A stretch of DNA of 64,000 nucleotides from Dehalococcoidia bacterium (GTDB lineage Bacteria > Chloroflexota > Dehalococcoidia > Lucifugimonadales > UBA826), in assembly GCA_029936675.1 (NCBI GenBank), contig JAPYSB010000008.1:3110-67109 (forward strand), read 5' to 3'. The notes under the pieces were generated by a model. It made no database searches, was not told the origin of the DNA, and saw nothing but the letters and a program-made list of their open reading frames with translations. Position 1 is the stretch's first letter. Each line of letters begins with the position of its first letter. The position numbers and the translations under genes were made by a program. Of this stretch, positions 50,137-60,137 are shown in pieces.

Positions 50137-51267
50137 ATGTATTCTCCAGGTAAAGACATATTAGAATCTCTAGGGCTCAGTCCCATTATATCTGCTACTG
50201 GTACAGTGACTGCTTATGGCGGTAGTAGGCTTAGACCGGAAGTAATGGATGCCATGAATCGGGCATCTAACACTATGGTGAATATGGATGAACTCAATCT
50301 AGCTGTTGGTAAGCAAATAGCAGCAGCCACCGGTGCAGAGGCCGGAATGGTCACCAGTGGCGCAGCTGGAGGTCTTATTCTGCAGGCAGCAGCGGTAGTT
50401 GCTGGTAATGATCCGATTAGAATGAAAAAACTACCAGACACAAACGGGATGAAAAATGAAATTATCATACATAGAAGCCATAGATTTCCTTATGACCAAT
50501 GTTACCTGTCCGTGGGGGCCAAATTTGTAGAAATTGGCGATGGCCGCAGGTGCCAACCATGGGAGTTGGAAGGTGCATTCACCGAAAACACAGCTGCTGT
50601 TGCATATTTGTTTTCACCGTTCATAACCAGAAGAGCCTTGCCTTTTGAATATGTATGTGAAGTAGCTCATTCCAAAGGAATACCTGTTATTGTAGACGCC
50701 GCTTCGTACTTACCTCCTAGAGCTAACATTACCCGCTTCATAAAAGAAGGGGCTGATATGGTTATTTATAGCGGTGGCAAAGGAATAAAAGGTCCACAAG
50801 GTACCGGTGTGCTTTGTGGCAGGTCAGATCTCATTGAGGCCGCATATGCCAACGCGAGCCCCCATCAATTTATAGGTAGAGGTTTGAAGGTTGCAAAAGA
50901 GGAAATTATCGGTATATCAAAAGCATTAGAAATATTTTTGTCTGAAGATGAGGAAGAAGAAAACAAAAGATACCAGCAAATGTGTGATCAAATCGTGGAT
51001 GCCTTAATAGAAATTCCGGGCGTCGGGTTGCAGACCAAATGCGATCCATATGATTATCTAATACCTACGGCTTTAATTACATTTGACCTCGATAGAAATG
51101 GGTTGTCACGAGATCAGGTTTGGGAACAGATGGTAGCAGGAGACCCACCTATATATCTCAGTAATTTGGGCACACCAGATGAATTGGCTGTTGATCCCTT
51201 CAATATTGCCGACTCAGAACTGGAAATGGTTATTGGTAGACTACGGGAATTACTGGTTCAAAATTAG
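50137..51267 (+). CDS. SelA-like (DgaE-like) PLP-dependent enzyme
   Basis: YSGGKGIKGPQGTGVLCGR resembles the SelA/DgaE PLP-lysine region. Length is about 376 aa, which lacks the long SelA N-terminal domain. The start may instead be GTG 50086. Confidence 0.7.
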   Translation: MYSPGKDILESLGLSPIISATGTVTAYGGSRLRPEVMDAMNRASNTMVNMDELNLAVGKQIAAATGAEAGMVTSGAAGGLILQAAAVVAGNDPIRMKKLPDTNGMKNEIIIHRSHRFPYDQCYLSVGAKFVEIGDGRRCQPWELEGAFTENTAAVAYLFSPFITRRALPFEYVCEVAHSKGIPVIVDAASYLPPRANITRFIKEGADMVIYSGGKGIKGPQGTGVLCGRSDLIEAAYANASPHQFIGRGLKVAKEEIIGISKALEIFLSEDEEEENKRYQQMCDQIVDALIEIPGVGLQTKCDPYDYLIPTALITFDLDRNGLSRDQVWEQMVAGDPPIYLSNLGTPDELAVDPFNIADSELEMVIGRLRELLVQN

Positions 51268-51303
51268 TTTCATCTTGGGATGACGGAGGTAGATTAGAAA
51301 AAC

Positions 51304-52413
51304 ATGTTAGATCGATTCAAAGTTCCAAAAGAAGATATCATCAAAGTAGACCATGAATCCCTACAGGAAACTGTAACTCAAATTTTTGAAAAGATGGGAG
51401 TAGTGCCAGAAGATGCGAAGGAGGGCGCTAGTGTGCTTGTGTCAACAGATCTTCGAGGAGTGGAAACGCACGGAGTATCTAACATGCTTCGGAGTTATGT
51501 AGAGAGATACAATGCAGGAGATTTGAATCCTCGTCCAGATTGGAAAATTGAACGAGAGACCCAAGGTACTGCAACCATCGATGCGGATAGTGGTTTGGCG
51601 GTTATATTGGGCCCTAAAGCAATGAGGATTGCCATTGAGAAAGCCACAACTGTTGGGATAGGCGTTGTGACAATGCACAACGCTGGGCATTCCGGTGCAA
51701 TTGGTCATCACGCAATGCTGGCTGCTAAAGAAGATATGATAGGGATGACTGCCACAGCTGGGGGGATGAGTGTACTTCCGACGTTTGGTGCAGAGCCTAG
51801 ATTGGGTACTAATCCAATAGCGATAGCAGCGCCTGCAAGGAATAATCCACCATTTCTTTTTGATGCTGCTACCTCTGCTATAGCAGGTAATAAACTAGGG
51901 CTTGCGGCTCGTGTCGGGGCCAACCTACTTCCTAATTGGATTTCACAAATTGATGGGTCTCCCATAGGGGACGAAGTTCCAATGCCGGACCGTGGGGATT
52001 TTTATCAGCTGCCTTTGGGAGGGACAAGAGAACAGGGTTCGCACAAAGGTTATGGGTTTGGTTTGATGTCGGAAATATTAGCTACGGGGTTAAGTGGGGC
52101 TATAAGTGCTATGGTCATGGGATCGGGTAAAACTAGCAGGACCGGGGGAACAAGTTGCCACTATTTCTGTGCATACAATATAGAGGCATTTACCGATGTT
52201 GAGTTGTTCAAAGATAACATGGATAACATGCTTCAGGTTTTGAAGGATACGCCACCTGCTCCCGGGCAGGATAGGGTTATGTATCCTGGGCTTTCTGAAT
52301 ATGAAGAAGAAGAAGATAGAAAAGCAAATGGTATCCCTTTGCACTCTGAAGTTGTGGAGTGGTTTACAGACATAACCAGTGAACTATCGGTACCTATGGT
52401 TAAAATATTGTAA
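51304..52413 (+). CDS. Ldh2-family (malate/L-lactate/sulfolactate-type) NAD(P)-dependent dehydrogenase
   Basis: 369 aa. RGVETHGVSN..., HSGA.G..A, GTNPIA.AAP and GSHKGYG motifs typical of the Ldh_2 family. Confidence 0.82.
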   Translation: MLDRFKVPKEDIIKVDHESLQETVTQIFEKMGVVPEDAKEGASVLVSTDLRGVETHGVSNMLRSYVERYNAGDLNPRPDWKIERETQGTATIDADSGLAVILGPKAMRIAIEKATTVGIGVVTMHNAGHSGAIGHHAMLAAKEDMIGMTATAGGMSVLPTFGAEPRLGTNPIAIAAPARNNPPFLFDAATSAIAGNKLGLAARVGANLLPNWISQIDGSPIGDEVPMPDRGDFYQLPLGGTREQGSHKGYGFGLMSEILATGLSGAISAMVMGSGKTSRTGGTSCHYFCAYNIEAFTDVELFKDNMDNMLQVLKDTPPAPGQDRVMYPGLSEYEEEEDRKANGIPLHSEVVEWFTDITSELSVPMVKIL

Positions 52414-52570
52414 ACAATTTAATTTCTTTGTGATTTCTTTATCTATCGACTTGAAATCGCCAGGTCAGTTTAATCGCCTCGTTGGCCTAGAAATCAATAA
52501 TGAATACAGAAAGTATCAGAATATGAAGAACCAGATGCAACCGTAGTTCCACTTATAAGGGTCTTCTTAT

Positions 52571-52622
52571 GAGCATCGCGCCAGGCTAGTCCAGCTTTTT
52601 CTGGTGAATTCTGGGTATGCTC
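52571..52622 (+). other. Nested hairpin A in the ORF-free spacer
   Basis: GAGCAT (52571-76) pairs with ATGCTC (52617-22), CCAG (52581-84) with CTGG (52611-14), and CCAG (52591-94) with CTGG (52601-04). Confidence 0.4.
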
Positions 52623-52753
52623 CGTGTGTTTCTGGCTTTTTCAAGCCCAGATGCTCTGCAGAAGAAGGCTATCGGGATTGAGTGTTTCGTCAACATAATA
52701 CTAATATCAATTATGTTAGCTAACGTTCTATTTATGTCGGACCGGCCAATGAC

Positions 52754-52800
52754 GAGCATCTCACACCCAAGCTTGTAGCTGGGGACTTACATATATGCTC
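52754..52800 (+). other. Nested hairpin B with the same closing helix as A
   Basis: GAGCAT (52754-59) pairs with ATGCTC (52795-800), and inner CCCA (52766-69) pairs with TGGG (52780-83). Confidence 0.4.
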
Positions 52801-52852
52801 ATTTAATGGTAATAATTGATATCGGGGTTCACACATTCCAAGGAGATTTTAA

Positions 52853-53542
52853 GTGGGCAGTGAAAAAATCCTTATTATTGAGGATGAAGAAAATATCTTG
52901 GAGGCCGTTAAATACACCTTAACTCAAGAAAATTTCGATGTATTTACTGCTATCGATGGAGAAGAAGGATTAACAAAAGCCTTAGAAATTCGGCCTGATT
53001 TGGTTTTGCTGGATGTTATGTTGCCCAAAATGGATGGATTTGAAGTGTGTAGAATTCTTCGGAAAAATCTAGATATGCCAGTTTTTATGATTTCGGCCAA
53101 GTCTGAGGAGATCGATCGAGTGGTGGGACTGGAGATAGGGGCAGATGATTATATAACCAAACCTTTTAGTATGAGAGAGTTGGTAGCGCGGGTTAGAAAT
53201 GTCCTTAGACGAGCTTCTTCACAGACCAAAGTAAATGATTTGGAAGTAATAAAATGCGGGGAACTGGAAATTCATCTAACAAGCCATAAGGCTACGGTTA
53301 GAGGTGAAGAGATTTCTATGAAACCTAAGGAATTTGATCTGCTTTATTTTTTGGCTTCGAACACGGGCAGGGCTTTTACAAGGGATCAGATCTTGAAAAG
53401 ACTATGGGGTCATGAATACATTGGAGATGTGAGAACGGTGGATGTTCATGTTCGCTGGATTCGAGAAAAGATTGAGACAAATCCTAGTCGACCCGAAAAA
53501 TTGATAACTATCCGAGGAGTAGGTTACCGATTCGACGGATGA
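52853..53542 (+). CDS. OmpR/PhoB-family response regulator
   Basis: GTG start with AAGGAG upstream. Receiver domain (DLVLLDVMLPKMDG, KPF) plus winged-helix domain (RTVDVHVRWIREKIE...GVGYRF). Lies upstream of the PhoR-like kinase and pst operon. Confidence 0.92.
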   Translation: MGSEKILIIEDEENILEAVKYTLTQENFDVFTAIDGEEGLTKALEIRPDLVLLDVMLPKMDGFEVCRILRKNLDMPVFMISAKSEEIDRVVGLEIGADDYITKPFSMRELVARVRNVLRRASSQTKVNDLEVIKCGELEIHLTSHKATVRGEEISMKPKEFDLLYFLASNTGRAFTRDQILKRLWGHEYIGDVRTVDVHVRWIREKIETNPSRPEKLITIRGVGYRFDG

Positions 53543-54939
53543 TTGATGGGTGGGACAATTGGGTTAATATGTTGCTGAAAATATCCAACCTATATTTTTT
53601 GAGAAACATTGTGATTCTAGTGCTGGTTATTTTGATATTGATTGCAATTCTGTTTTTCATTGCCCAATATTTTCCTGACTCAGCCAATTTGGTTGTTCTT
53701 ATATTTGGCATACTCCTTATATTTGTAATCTCATCGGTGGTCCTGAATGTTATGTTAATTTCTCAATCTAAATCTTCCGTGAAGGAAGTTCGGTCCAGTA
53801 TTTCGGGTATTCTTGGTAGCTATCCCGAATATCCCGTGTCAACTTCGGAATCAAATTCTATTGATGAATTAACTGGCGTGCTGGATGAATTTTCATTGGT
53901 TATGTCGGAAAAAATCAACTCTTTGTCATCAGAGAAAAACACTCTTTCCGCTCTATTGGATACTATGGGTGATGGAGTAATTGTTACTGATGAAGATAGT
54001 GTAATAACTTTATTTAATAGGACCGCCCAAGCTATTTTTAGTTTGGAGTATTCGAATTGCGTCGGATTGAGGGTGGCAGAAGTAATCAGAGATTTCCAGA
54101 TAATTCAACTTCATTCCAATTGTTCTATTCACCGCGAGGTTAGGCAGGCAGAGATAGAGATCCCTGAAATAAGGCGATATCTTAGCGTTACAGCAACTCC
54201 ACTAGGGGATCAATCTGATGAGGGCGTTTTAATGAACATACATGACCTTACCAATATCAGGCTACTGGAAAACACAAGAAAGGAATTTGTTAGTAACGTA
54301 TCACATGAATTAAGGAGCCCTTTGGCATCAGTTAAAGCCTTGGTGGGGACTTTACGAGGAGGTGCTTTACAGGATTCAAAAGTCGCTTCAGATTTTGTGG
54401 AAAGAATTGATAGAGACGTTGATCGAATGACCTTGCTCGTGGCTGACTTACTAGAATTATCCCGTTTGGAAAGCGGACGTGAGGAATGGGTAAAGGAGAT
54501 CTTACAAATTCAGGATGTGATTCGGGAATCAATTTCAATAGTTATAAATCAAAACGGACAAGATTTACCGATTCAATCAATAGCGGATCCTGAATTAAAG
54601 GTGATTGGGAATGAAGAAAAAATCACGCAAATTTTGGTTAATTTACTAGAAAATGCCGTTAAATTTACCCCTTCTAATCGGGATGTGACCATAAATGCGA
54701 GAAAAAAAGGAGAATTTCTTGAAATATCGGTGCGAGATACCGGGATAGGTATCGCACCAGAGCATTTACCCCATCTTTTTGAGCGTTTCTACAAGGTTGA
54801 TAGGTCTCGGAGGGCGGAAGGAACCGGGTTAGGATTAGCGATAGTGAAACATATAGTCCAAGCCCATGGAGGAGAAGCGTATGCGGATAGCATTGAAGGT
54901 GAAGGAAGCACCTTTTACTTCACCTTACCTGTTCCTTAA
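53539..54939 (+). CDS. PhoR-like sensor histidine kinase
   Basis: Two N-terminal TM segments, a PAS domain, HisKA H-box SHELRSPL, and HATPase N/G boxes (NLLENAVKF, DTGIGI, GTGLGLAIV). ATGA overlap with the regulator gene. Confidence 0.9.
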   Translation: MIDGWDNWVNMLLKISNLYFLRNIVILVLVILILIAILFFIAQYFPDSANLVVLIFGILLIFVISSVVLNVMLISQSKSSVKEVRSSISGILGSYPEYPVSTSESNSIDELTGVLDEFSLVMSEKINSLSSEKNTLSALLDTMGDGVIVTDEDSVITLFNRTAQAIFSLEYSNCVGLRVAEVIRDFQIIQLHSNCSIHREVRQAEIEIPEIRRYLSVTATPLGDQSDEGVLMNIHDLTNIRLLENTRKEFVSNVSHELRSPLASVKALVGTLRGGALQDSKVASDFVERIDRDVDRMTLLVADLLELSRLESGREEWVKEILQIQDVIRESISIVINQNGQDLPIQSIADPELKVIGNEEKITQILVNLLENAVKFTPSNRDVTINARKKGEFLEISVRDTGIGIAPEHLPHLFERFYKVDRSRRAEGTGLGLAIVKHIVQAHGGEAYADSIEGEGSTFYFTLPVP

Positions 54940-55001
54940 CTCATTGTTTCCATGAAGACAGGTTGCAGTAAATTCCTTTTTCTAGGCATTACTTAAATTT
55001 T

Positions 55002-55019
55002 TGTTAATCTAGTGTTAAT
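55002..55019 (+). promoter_or_regulatory. Candidate Pho-box-like direct repeat upstream of pstS
   Basis: TGTTAAT at 55002-55008 and again at 55013-55019, so the repeats are 11 bp apart (one helical turn). Confidence 0.35.
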
Positions 55020-55153
55020 AATTTTTAGTTTCGTTTCCATTAACATTCTCTCTGGAAACATATTTTCAACCAAATTCAGCCACCAACAGTAAGGTTAGCA
55101 GATCTATTGATTTGCACTGAACATTGACGGTAATTTGGAGGATTCAAGCAATA

Positions 55154-56113
55154 ATGACCGCATTGGTGAGAAACACGGAAAGCGTATCAATAGTATTTAT
55201 TGTGCTAGGCATATTTATTTGTGGGTTTGTAGGTTGCGGGAATGATACTTCCAATCGTTCCGACTCACAAAAAGAATTAACTGGAACAATAGAAATAGAT
55301 GGTTCCTCTACCGTTTATCCTATATCGGAGGCGGTTGCAGAAGAGTTCAATAAACTTCATCCCAGGGTGAGAGTTAATGTGGGGGTCTCGGGAACAGGAG
55401 GTGGATTTAAGAGATTCACAGTTGGAGAGACAGATATTTCTGATGCCTCTCGACCAATTAAAGATCCCAAAGAAACTAGTGTTGCTGATGAAAATGGAAT
55501 TGGCTATGTCAAAATGCGTCTTGGTACAGATGGGCTTTCCGTTACAGTTAGCCCATCCAATGATTTTGTAGAGTGTTTAACTATTCAAGAATTGAATGCA
55601 ATTTGGAAACCAGATTCCAAAATTTATAATTGGAAAGACGTGAGACTTGGATTTCCAAATCTGAAAATCAGGCTTTATGGTCCAGATACTGATTCAGGAA
55701 CCTTCGATTACTTCACGGAGGAAATTAACGGGGAAGCACAAGTTTCTAGACCAGATTATACTGCCAGTGCAGATGACAATGTCCTCGTCCAAGGGATATC
55801 GGGGGACAAGGGTTCTCTAGGATATTTCGGATTTGCTTATTATGCTGAGAATACTGATAAACTCAAACTGTTAAGTGTTGACAGTGGATCCGGTTGTGTT
55901 AAGCCAAGCCTTCAGACAATACCTTCGGGTGAATACAGCCCTTTATCTCGCCCCTTGTTTATTTATGTCAACACCGATAGTTATAAACGCCCAGAAGTAA
56001 AAATATTCGTGGATTATTACATGGAAGTTGGTCCAGGCTTAACTAACGAAGTAGGATATGTTGCATCTAGCGAATCGACATATGCTGATAACAAGTCTAG
56101 GTTGTCTGAGTAA
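55154..56113 (+). CDS. pstS: Phosphate ABC transporter substrate-binding lipoprotein
   Basis: Signal peptide with a FVGC lipobox-like site. [20 protein letters not shown] and SGTGGGFK motifs. The start is trimmed to ATG 55154. Confidence 0.93.
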   Translation: MTALVRNTESVSIVFIVLGIFICGFVGCGNDTSNRSDSQKELTGTIEIDGSSTVYPISEAVAEEFNKLHPRVRVNVGVSGTGGGFKRFTVGETDISDASRPIKDPKETSVADENGIGYVKMRLGTDGLSVTVSPSNDFVECLTIQELNAIWKPDSKIYNWKDVRLGFPNLKIRLYGPDTDSGTFDYFTEEINGEAQVSRPDYTASADDNVLVQGISGDKGSLGYFGFAYYAENTDKLKLLSVDSGSGCVKPSLQTIPSGEYSPLSRPLFIYVNTDSYKRPEVKIFVDYYMEVGPGLTNEVGYVASSESTYADNKSRLSE

Positions 56114-56232
56114 GTTATAAATTTTCAGAAAGGTTTGTATGTGAAAAATTATGTCTTAGGTTACATAGACACATGGCTGACTAACCAAGCGAAATCATAA
56201 CAATTGTTTGATTATAGGGGCTTGTAACCAAG

Positions 56233-57141
56233 ATGGCACAAATTTTGGATTCCAGAAGAAAATTTTGGATAAGAGTTGAAGGATCCATAGTGAAATGGTT
56301 GTTCATGGCCTGTGCATCTGTATCTATCTTGACAACCATTGGTATTCTAGTAACTTTGTTATACCAGGGATATGGGTTTTTTAATGAGGTAAGCCCGTGG
56401 GAATTTCTTACAGGTACGAGGTGGACACCGATACTCAAACCAAGATCATATGGGGTATTGCCGCTTGTATCAGGTACCCTTCTAGTAACCGTCATTGCGG
56501 CTATGGTTGCACTTCCCGTTGGTCTTATGACAGCTATATTCCTCTCGGAATATGCTGCGGATAATGTTAGACGAATCATAAAGCCGATACTAGAGATACT
56601 CGCTGGTATCCCGACAGTTGTTTACGGGTATTTCGCCCTGACATTTGTTACACCACTTCTACAAAATATCTTTAATGATTTATTGGTATTTAATGCACTA
56701 AGTGCTGGCATTGTGATGGGGGTGATGATTATACCTATGGTTTCTTCGCTTAGTGAAGATGCAATGATATCTGTACCTAGGAATTTAAGGGAGGCCGCTT
56801 ATGCTTTGGGAGCAACGAGATATGAAGTGAGCCTTCGAGTTGTTGTTCCTGCGGCTCTGTCAGGAATAATAGCCGCCTTTATCATTGCTATTTCCCGGGC
56901 GATTGGTGAAACAATGCTAGTAACTATTGCGGCCGGTGCTACTCCGAGAATGGCGTTAAATCCGCTTGAGGGTGTACAGACAATGACCGCTTATATAGTC
57001 CAGCTTAGTTTAGGGGAAGCACCGGTAGGGTCGTTGGAGTACAACACCATATTTGCAGTGGGGCTGGTTTTGTTCTGTATGACACTTTTGATGAATTTAT
57101 TGGGTTTTTGGATCGTACGAAGATTCCGAGAGGCTTATTAA
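56233..57141 (+). CDS. pstC: Phosphate ABC transporter permease PstC
   Basis: 302 aa with 6 TM segments and EAA-loop [13 protein letters not shown]. Confidence 0.94.
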   Translation: MAQILDSRRKFWIRVEGSIVKWLFMACASVSILTTIGILVTLLYQGYGFFNEVSPWEFLTGTRWTPILKPRSYGVLPLVSGTLLVTVIAAMVALPVGLMTAIFLSEYAADNVRRIIKPILEILAGIPTVVYGYFALTFVTPLLQNIFNDLLVFNALSAGIVMGVMIIPMVSSLSEDAMISVPRNLREAAYALGATRYEVSLRVVVPAALSGIIAAFIIAISRAIGETMLVTIAAGATPRMALNPLEGVQTMTAYIVQLSLGEAPVGSLEYNTIFAVGLVLFCMTLLMNLLGFWIVRRFREAY

Positions 57142-57142
57142 T

Positions 57143-58048
57143 ATGAACGAATATAAGCCTGTGGCAAATAGTATCAACCCCAACCGTAAGCGAAGAAAAA
57201 TAATAGGAGCTTCTGTTTATTGTATTTTCCTCATTTCCACCCTTGTTGGCATCGTCGGGTTAGGTGTTTTGATTTTTGATGTTTTAGACAAGGGGATACC
57301 TTGGTTGAACTGGCAATTTCTGACAGATTACCCGTCGAGGAAGCCTGAGGAAGCTGGCCTATATTCGGCCCTCATTGGCACAATATGGTTGATGTTTATG
57401 ACCGCTTTACTGACGGTACCTATTGGGGTCGGTGCAGCTATATATCTGGAAGAATATGCTCCAAGAAATCTTCTCACTAAGGCTATTGAAATAAATGTTT
57501 CGAACCTGGCAGGAGTACCCTCTATAGTTTATGGACTCTTGGGTATGGCACTTTTTGTTTACTATTTGGGTAGCTCAGAACAATTTTTAGGTAGAACTTT
57601 GCTGGCTGGAGCACTGACCCTAGCTCTTTTGGTACTGCCTATAGTTATTATGGCTTCTAGAGAAGCTATCAGGGCGGTTCCGGACTCGTATCGCCAAGGA
57701 GCCTATGCCATGGGGGCAGATAAATGGCAGGTTATCAAAGGCGTTGTCCTTCCGTCCGCTCTGCCTGGAATTTTGACTGGTACCATTCTGGCCATGTCCC
57801 GAGCAATAGGGGAGGCGGCGCCAGTAATAGCCATTAGTGCCCTAGTTTATATGACATTTATACCGGCTCATCCAATGGAAAGATTCACAGTGTTGCCAAT
57901 TCAGATTTATAACTGGGTTGCTAGACCCCAGGAAGAATTTAGGGGTTTGGCTGCTGCGGGCATTATAGTTCTATTGGCCATTTTACTGACGATGAACGCA
58001 ATTGCTGTGGTTTTGAGAAATAAATACCAAACACGGTCGGAGGAATAA
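57143..58048 (+). CDS. pstA: Phosphate ABC transporter permease PstA
   Basis: 301 aa with EAA-loop [13 protein letters not shown]. Confidence 0.94.
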   Translation: MNEYKPVANSINPNRKRRKIIGASVYCIFLISTLVGIVGLGVLIFDVLDKGIPWLNWQFLTDYPSRKPEEAGLYSALIGTIWLMFMTALLTVPIGVGAAIYLEEYAPRNLLTKAIEINVSNLAGVPSIVYGLLGMALFVYYLGSSEQFLGRTLLAGALTLALLVLPIVIMASREAIRAVPDSYRQGAYAMGADKWQVIKGVVLPSALPGILTGTILAMSRAIGEAAPVIAISALVYMTFIPAHPMERFTVLPIQIYNWVARPQEEFRGLAAAGIIVLLAILLTMNAIAVVLRNKYQTRSEE

Positions 58049-58049
58049 A

Positions 58050-58820
58050 TTGGGGAATAGCACTGTTTTTAATATCAGGGGTCTAAATGTTTATTACGGA
58101 GACTTCTTGGCAGTTAAAGACGTAGATATGGATATTAAAAAAGAAAGCGTCACTGCTTTGATAGGGCCTTCAGGTTGCGGGAAAAGCACCTATTTAAGAT
58201 GCTTAAATAGAATGAATGATTTGATTATCGGGGCATCTGTAAAAGGCCAAGTGTCCTTTGAAAACAGGAACATATATGACTCAAATGTGGATGCAACGGA
58301 GGTAAGATCTCGGATTGGTATGGTCTTTCAAAAACCTAACCCTTTTCCTAAGTCAATTTATCGAAATATTGCCTTTGGCCTTAAAGTCAATGGGTTCACC
58401 GGCGATATGGATGAAGCGGTAGAAAAATCATTAAAACAAGCAGCATTATGGGATGAAGTGAAGGATAGACTCAATGATAGTGCTTTTACTCTCTCTGGTG
58501 GTCAACAACAAAGATTATGCATTGCCCGGGCGCTTGCCATTCAACCGGAAGTAATACTAATGGATGAACCTGCTTCTGCCTTAGACCCAATCGCCACTTT
58601 GGCTATAGAAGATTTAGTGAGAGAATTAAAGGCCAATTACACAATCGTCATCGTTACCCATAATATGCAACAAGCGGCAAGAGTGTCAGATGAAACGGCC
58701 TTTTTCATGGTGGATGAAGATCGATCTGGCTATCTTGTGGAACATGACGATACGCAGAAAATATTCACTAATCCAACTAATCAGAGAACTGAAGAATATA
58801 TAACGGGTAGATTTAGCTAG
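58050..58820 (+). CDS. pstB: Phosphate ABC transporter ATP-binding protein
   Basis: TTG start. [24 protein letters not shown] and ILMDEP motifs. Confidence 0.96.
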   Translation: MGNSTVFNIRGLNVYYGDFLAVKDVDMDIKKESVTALIGPSGCGKSTYLRCLNRMNDLIIGASVKGQVSFENRNIYDSNVDATEVRSRIGMVFQKPNPFPKSIYRNIAFGLKVNGFTGDMDEAVEKSLKQAALWDEVKDRLNDSAFTLSGGQQQRLCIARALAIQPEVILMDEPASALDPIATLAIEDLVRELKANYTIVIVTHNMQQAARVSDETAFFMVDEDRSGYLVEHDDTQKIFTNPTNQRTEEYITGRFS

Positions 58821-58831
58821 AGGGGTGACAA

Positions 58832-59479
58832 ATGCCAAGAGAAGATTTCGAAAACAACCTTAAAATTATCCAGGACGAGTTGATTCAGTTGTCTAGCATG
58901 GTGGAGAAGTCAGTTTTTAAATCAATTGATGCGTTACGAAATCGGGATATTAAGGCTTCTCAGCAAGTCATAGACGATGATGACGCTATTGATGAAAAAC
59001 AACAGGAGATTGAAAATACTTGCATAGATTTGATTGCTTTGGAAGCTCCTATGGCAGGTGATCTGAGGGTGATTATATCGGTAATGATGATGGCGACTGA
59101 ACTAGAAAGGATAGGTGATTATGCCGAAGGCATAGGAAAAATCAGTTTGGCAATGGGAGATCTACCTCCATTGAAACCACTTATAGACATACCTCGGATG
59201 GCTGATCTCGCTACCGATATGCTTAGAAGAAGCACAGAAGCATTTGTTAATAGGGACACTGTGGCAGCAACATCCGTTCGAAAGGATGATGACATTGTAG
59301 ATGATCTTTATGATCAAGTTTACAGGGAACTTTTAACATTTATGATGGCTGATCCAAGTACTATCCAAAGAGCTACTTATCTGCTTTGGGTGGCTCACGA
59401 TATTGAAAGGGTTGCCGATAGAACAACGAATATGTCAGAGCGAGTTATATGGTTGGTGACGGGTCAGAATCCTGATTAG
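58832..59479 (+). CDS. phoU: Phosphate signalling complex protein PhoU
   Basis: 215 aa. Duplicated PhoU repeats with E..GD and E..AD motifs (ELERIGDYA, DIERVADRT). Confidence 0.94.
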   Translation: MPREDFENNLKIIQDELIQLSSMVEKSVFKSIDALRNRDIKASQQVIDDDDAIDEKQQEIENTCIDLIALEAPMAGDLRVIISVMMMATELERIGDYAEGIGKISLAMGDLPPLKPLIDIPRMADLATDMLRRSTEAFVNRDTVAATSVRKDDDIVDDLYDQVYRELLTFMMADPSTIQRATYLLWVAHDIERVADRTTNMSERVIWLVTGQNPD

Positions 59480-60125
59480 ACGAAATGTCTTGCCAAACAA
59501 TTTGCTTCCTCAGTACTTTCCCTAACTTACATCCGACACTGTAGGCTACATCCTTCATGGTTGGGTATTCAATGACTTCTTCTTTAATTGAAGTAACTAA
59601 ACAGTCATGAATTCCGCAAGGGATGATGTGACTGAAATAGGATAAATCTGTGTGAACATTTAAAGCTAACCCGTGGGAAGTGGTTTTTTTACTTACTCTT
59701 ACACCAATAGCTGCTATTTTCTTGTTTTCTACCCAAATGCCTGTCGGCATATCCTTTTCGTTTCCGATTATTCCGTATTCATCGAGACAGTCAATGATGG
59801 AAATTTTGAGCGCTCTAACATATTCTGAAGGTGAATATGCGATGCGATCTAGTTTCACTATCGGGTATACCACCAACTGTCCGGGCCCATGATATGTTAC
59901 TTCTCCTCCTCGATCAGTATTTCTGATTTCAATTCCTAATTTTTTAACTATTTGTCCTTCAATTAATATATCCTCATGTTTTCCCATCCTTCCCAGAGTA
60001 TAAACATGTGGATGCTCGAAAATTAGGGTTTCATCTTCTCCTCCAGCTGACACTTTCTCATGAGTTTTCTGCTGTATAATTTGCCCTGTGTCATAGCTAA
60101 CCAAACCATGGTATGTAGTTAACAT
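59445..60125 (-). CDS. lipB: Lipoyl(octanoyl) transferase
   Basis: HPHVYTLGR, DRGGEVTYHGPGQLV, KIAAIGV and PCG motifs. Last gene of the 2-oxoacid dehydrogenase cluster. Confidence 0.92.
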   Translation of the reverse strand: MLTTYHGLVSYDTGQIIQQKTHEKVSAGGEDETLIFEHPHVYTLGRMGKHEDILIEGQIVKKLGIEIRNTDRGGEVTYHGPGQLVVYPIVKLDRIAYSPSEYVRALKISIIDCLDEYGIIGNEKDMPTGIWVENKKIAAIGVRVSKKTTSHGLALNVHTDLSYFSHIIPCGIHDCLVTSIKEEVIEYPTMKDVAYSVGCKLGKVLRKQIVWQDISSNQDSDPSPTI

Positions 60126-60137
60126 TCTGGCCCCGGT

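Noticed and set aside
50137-51267. Selenocysteine synthase (SelA) call
   Set aside because: The protein is too short for SelA. No selB, selD or tRNA-Sec gene is in the vicinity, so it is better described as a SelA-like/DgaE-like PLP enzyme.
52455-52600. Partial resemblances to SRP RNA (CCAGGUCAG) and the RNase P CR-I region (UAGUCCAGC) in the long spacer
   Set aside because: Each match is only a few nucleotides. The flanking conserved motifs (GGAAG/GCAGCC for SRP, GAGGAAAGUCC for RNase P) are absent.
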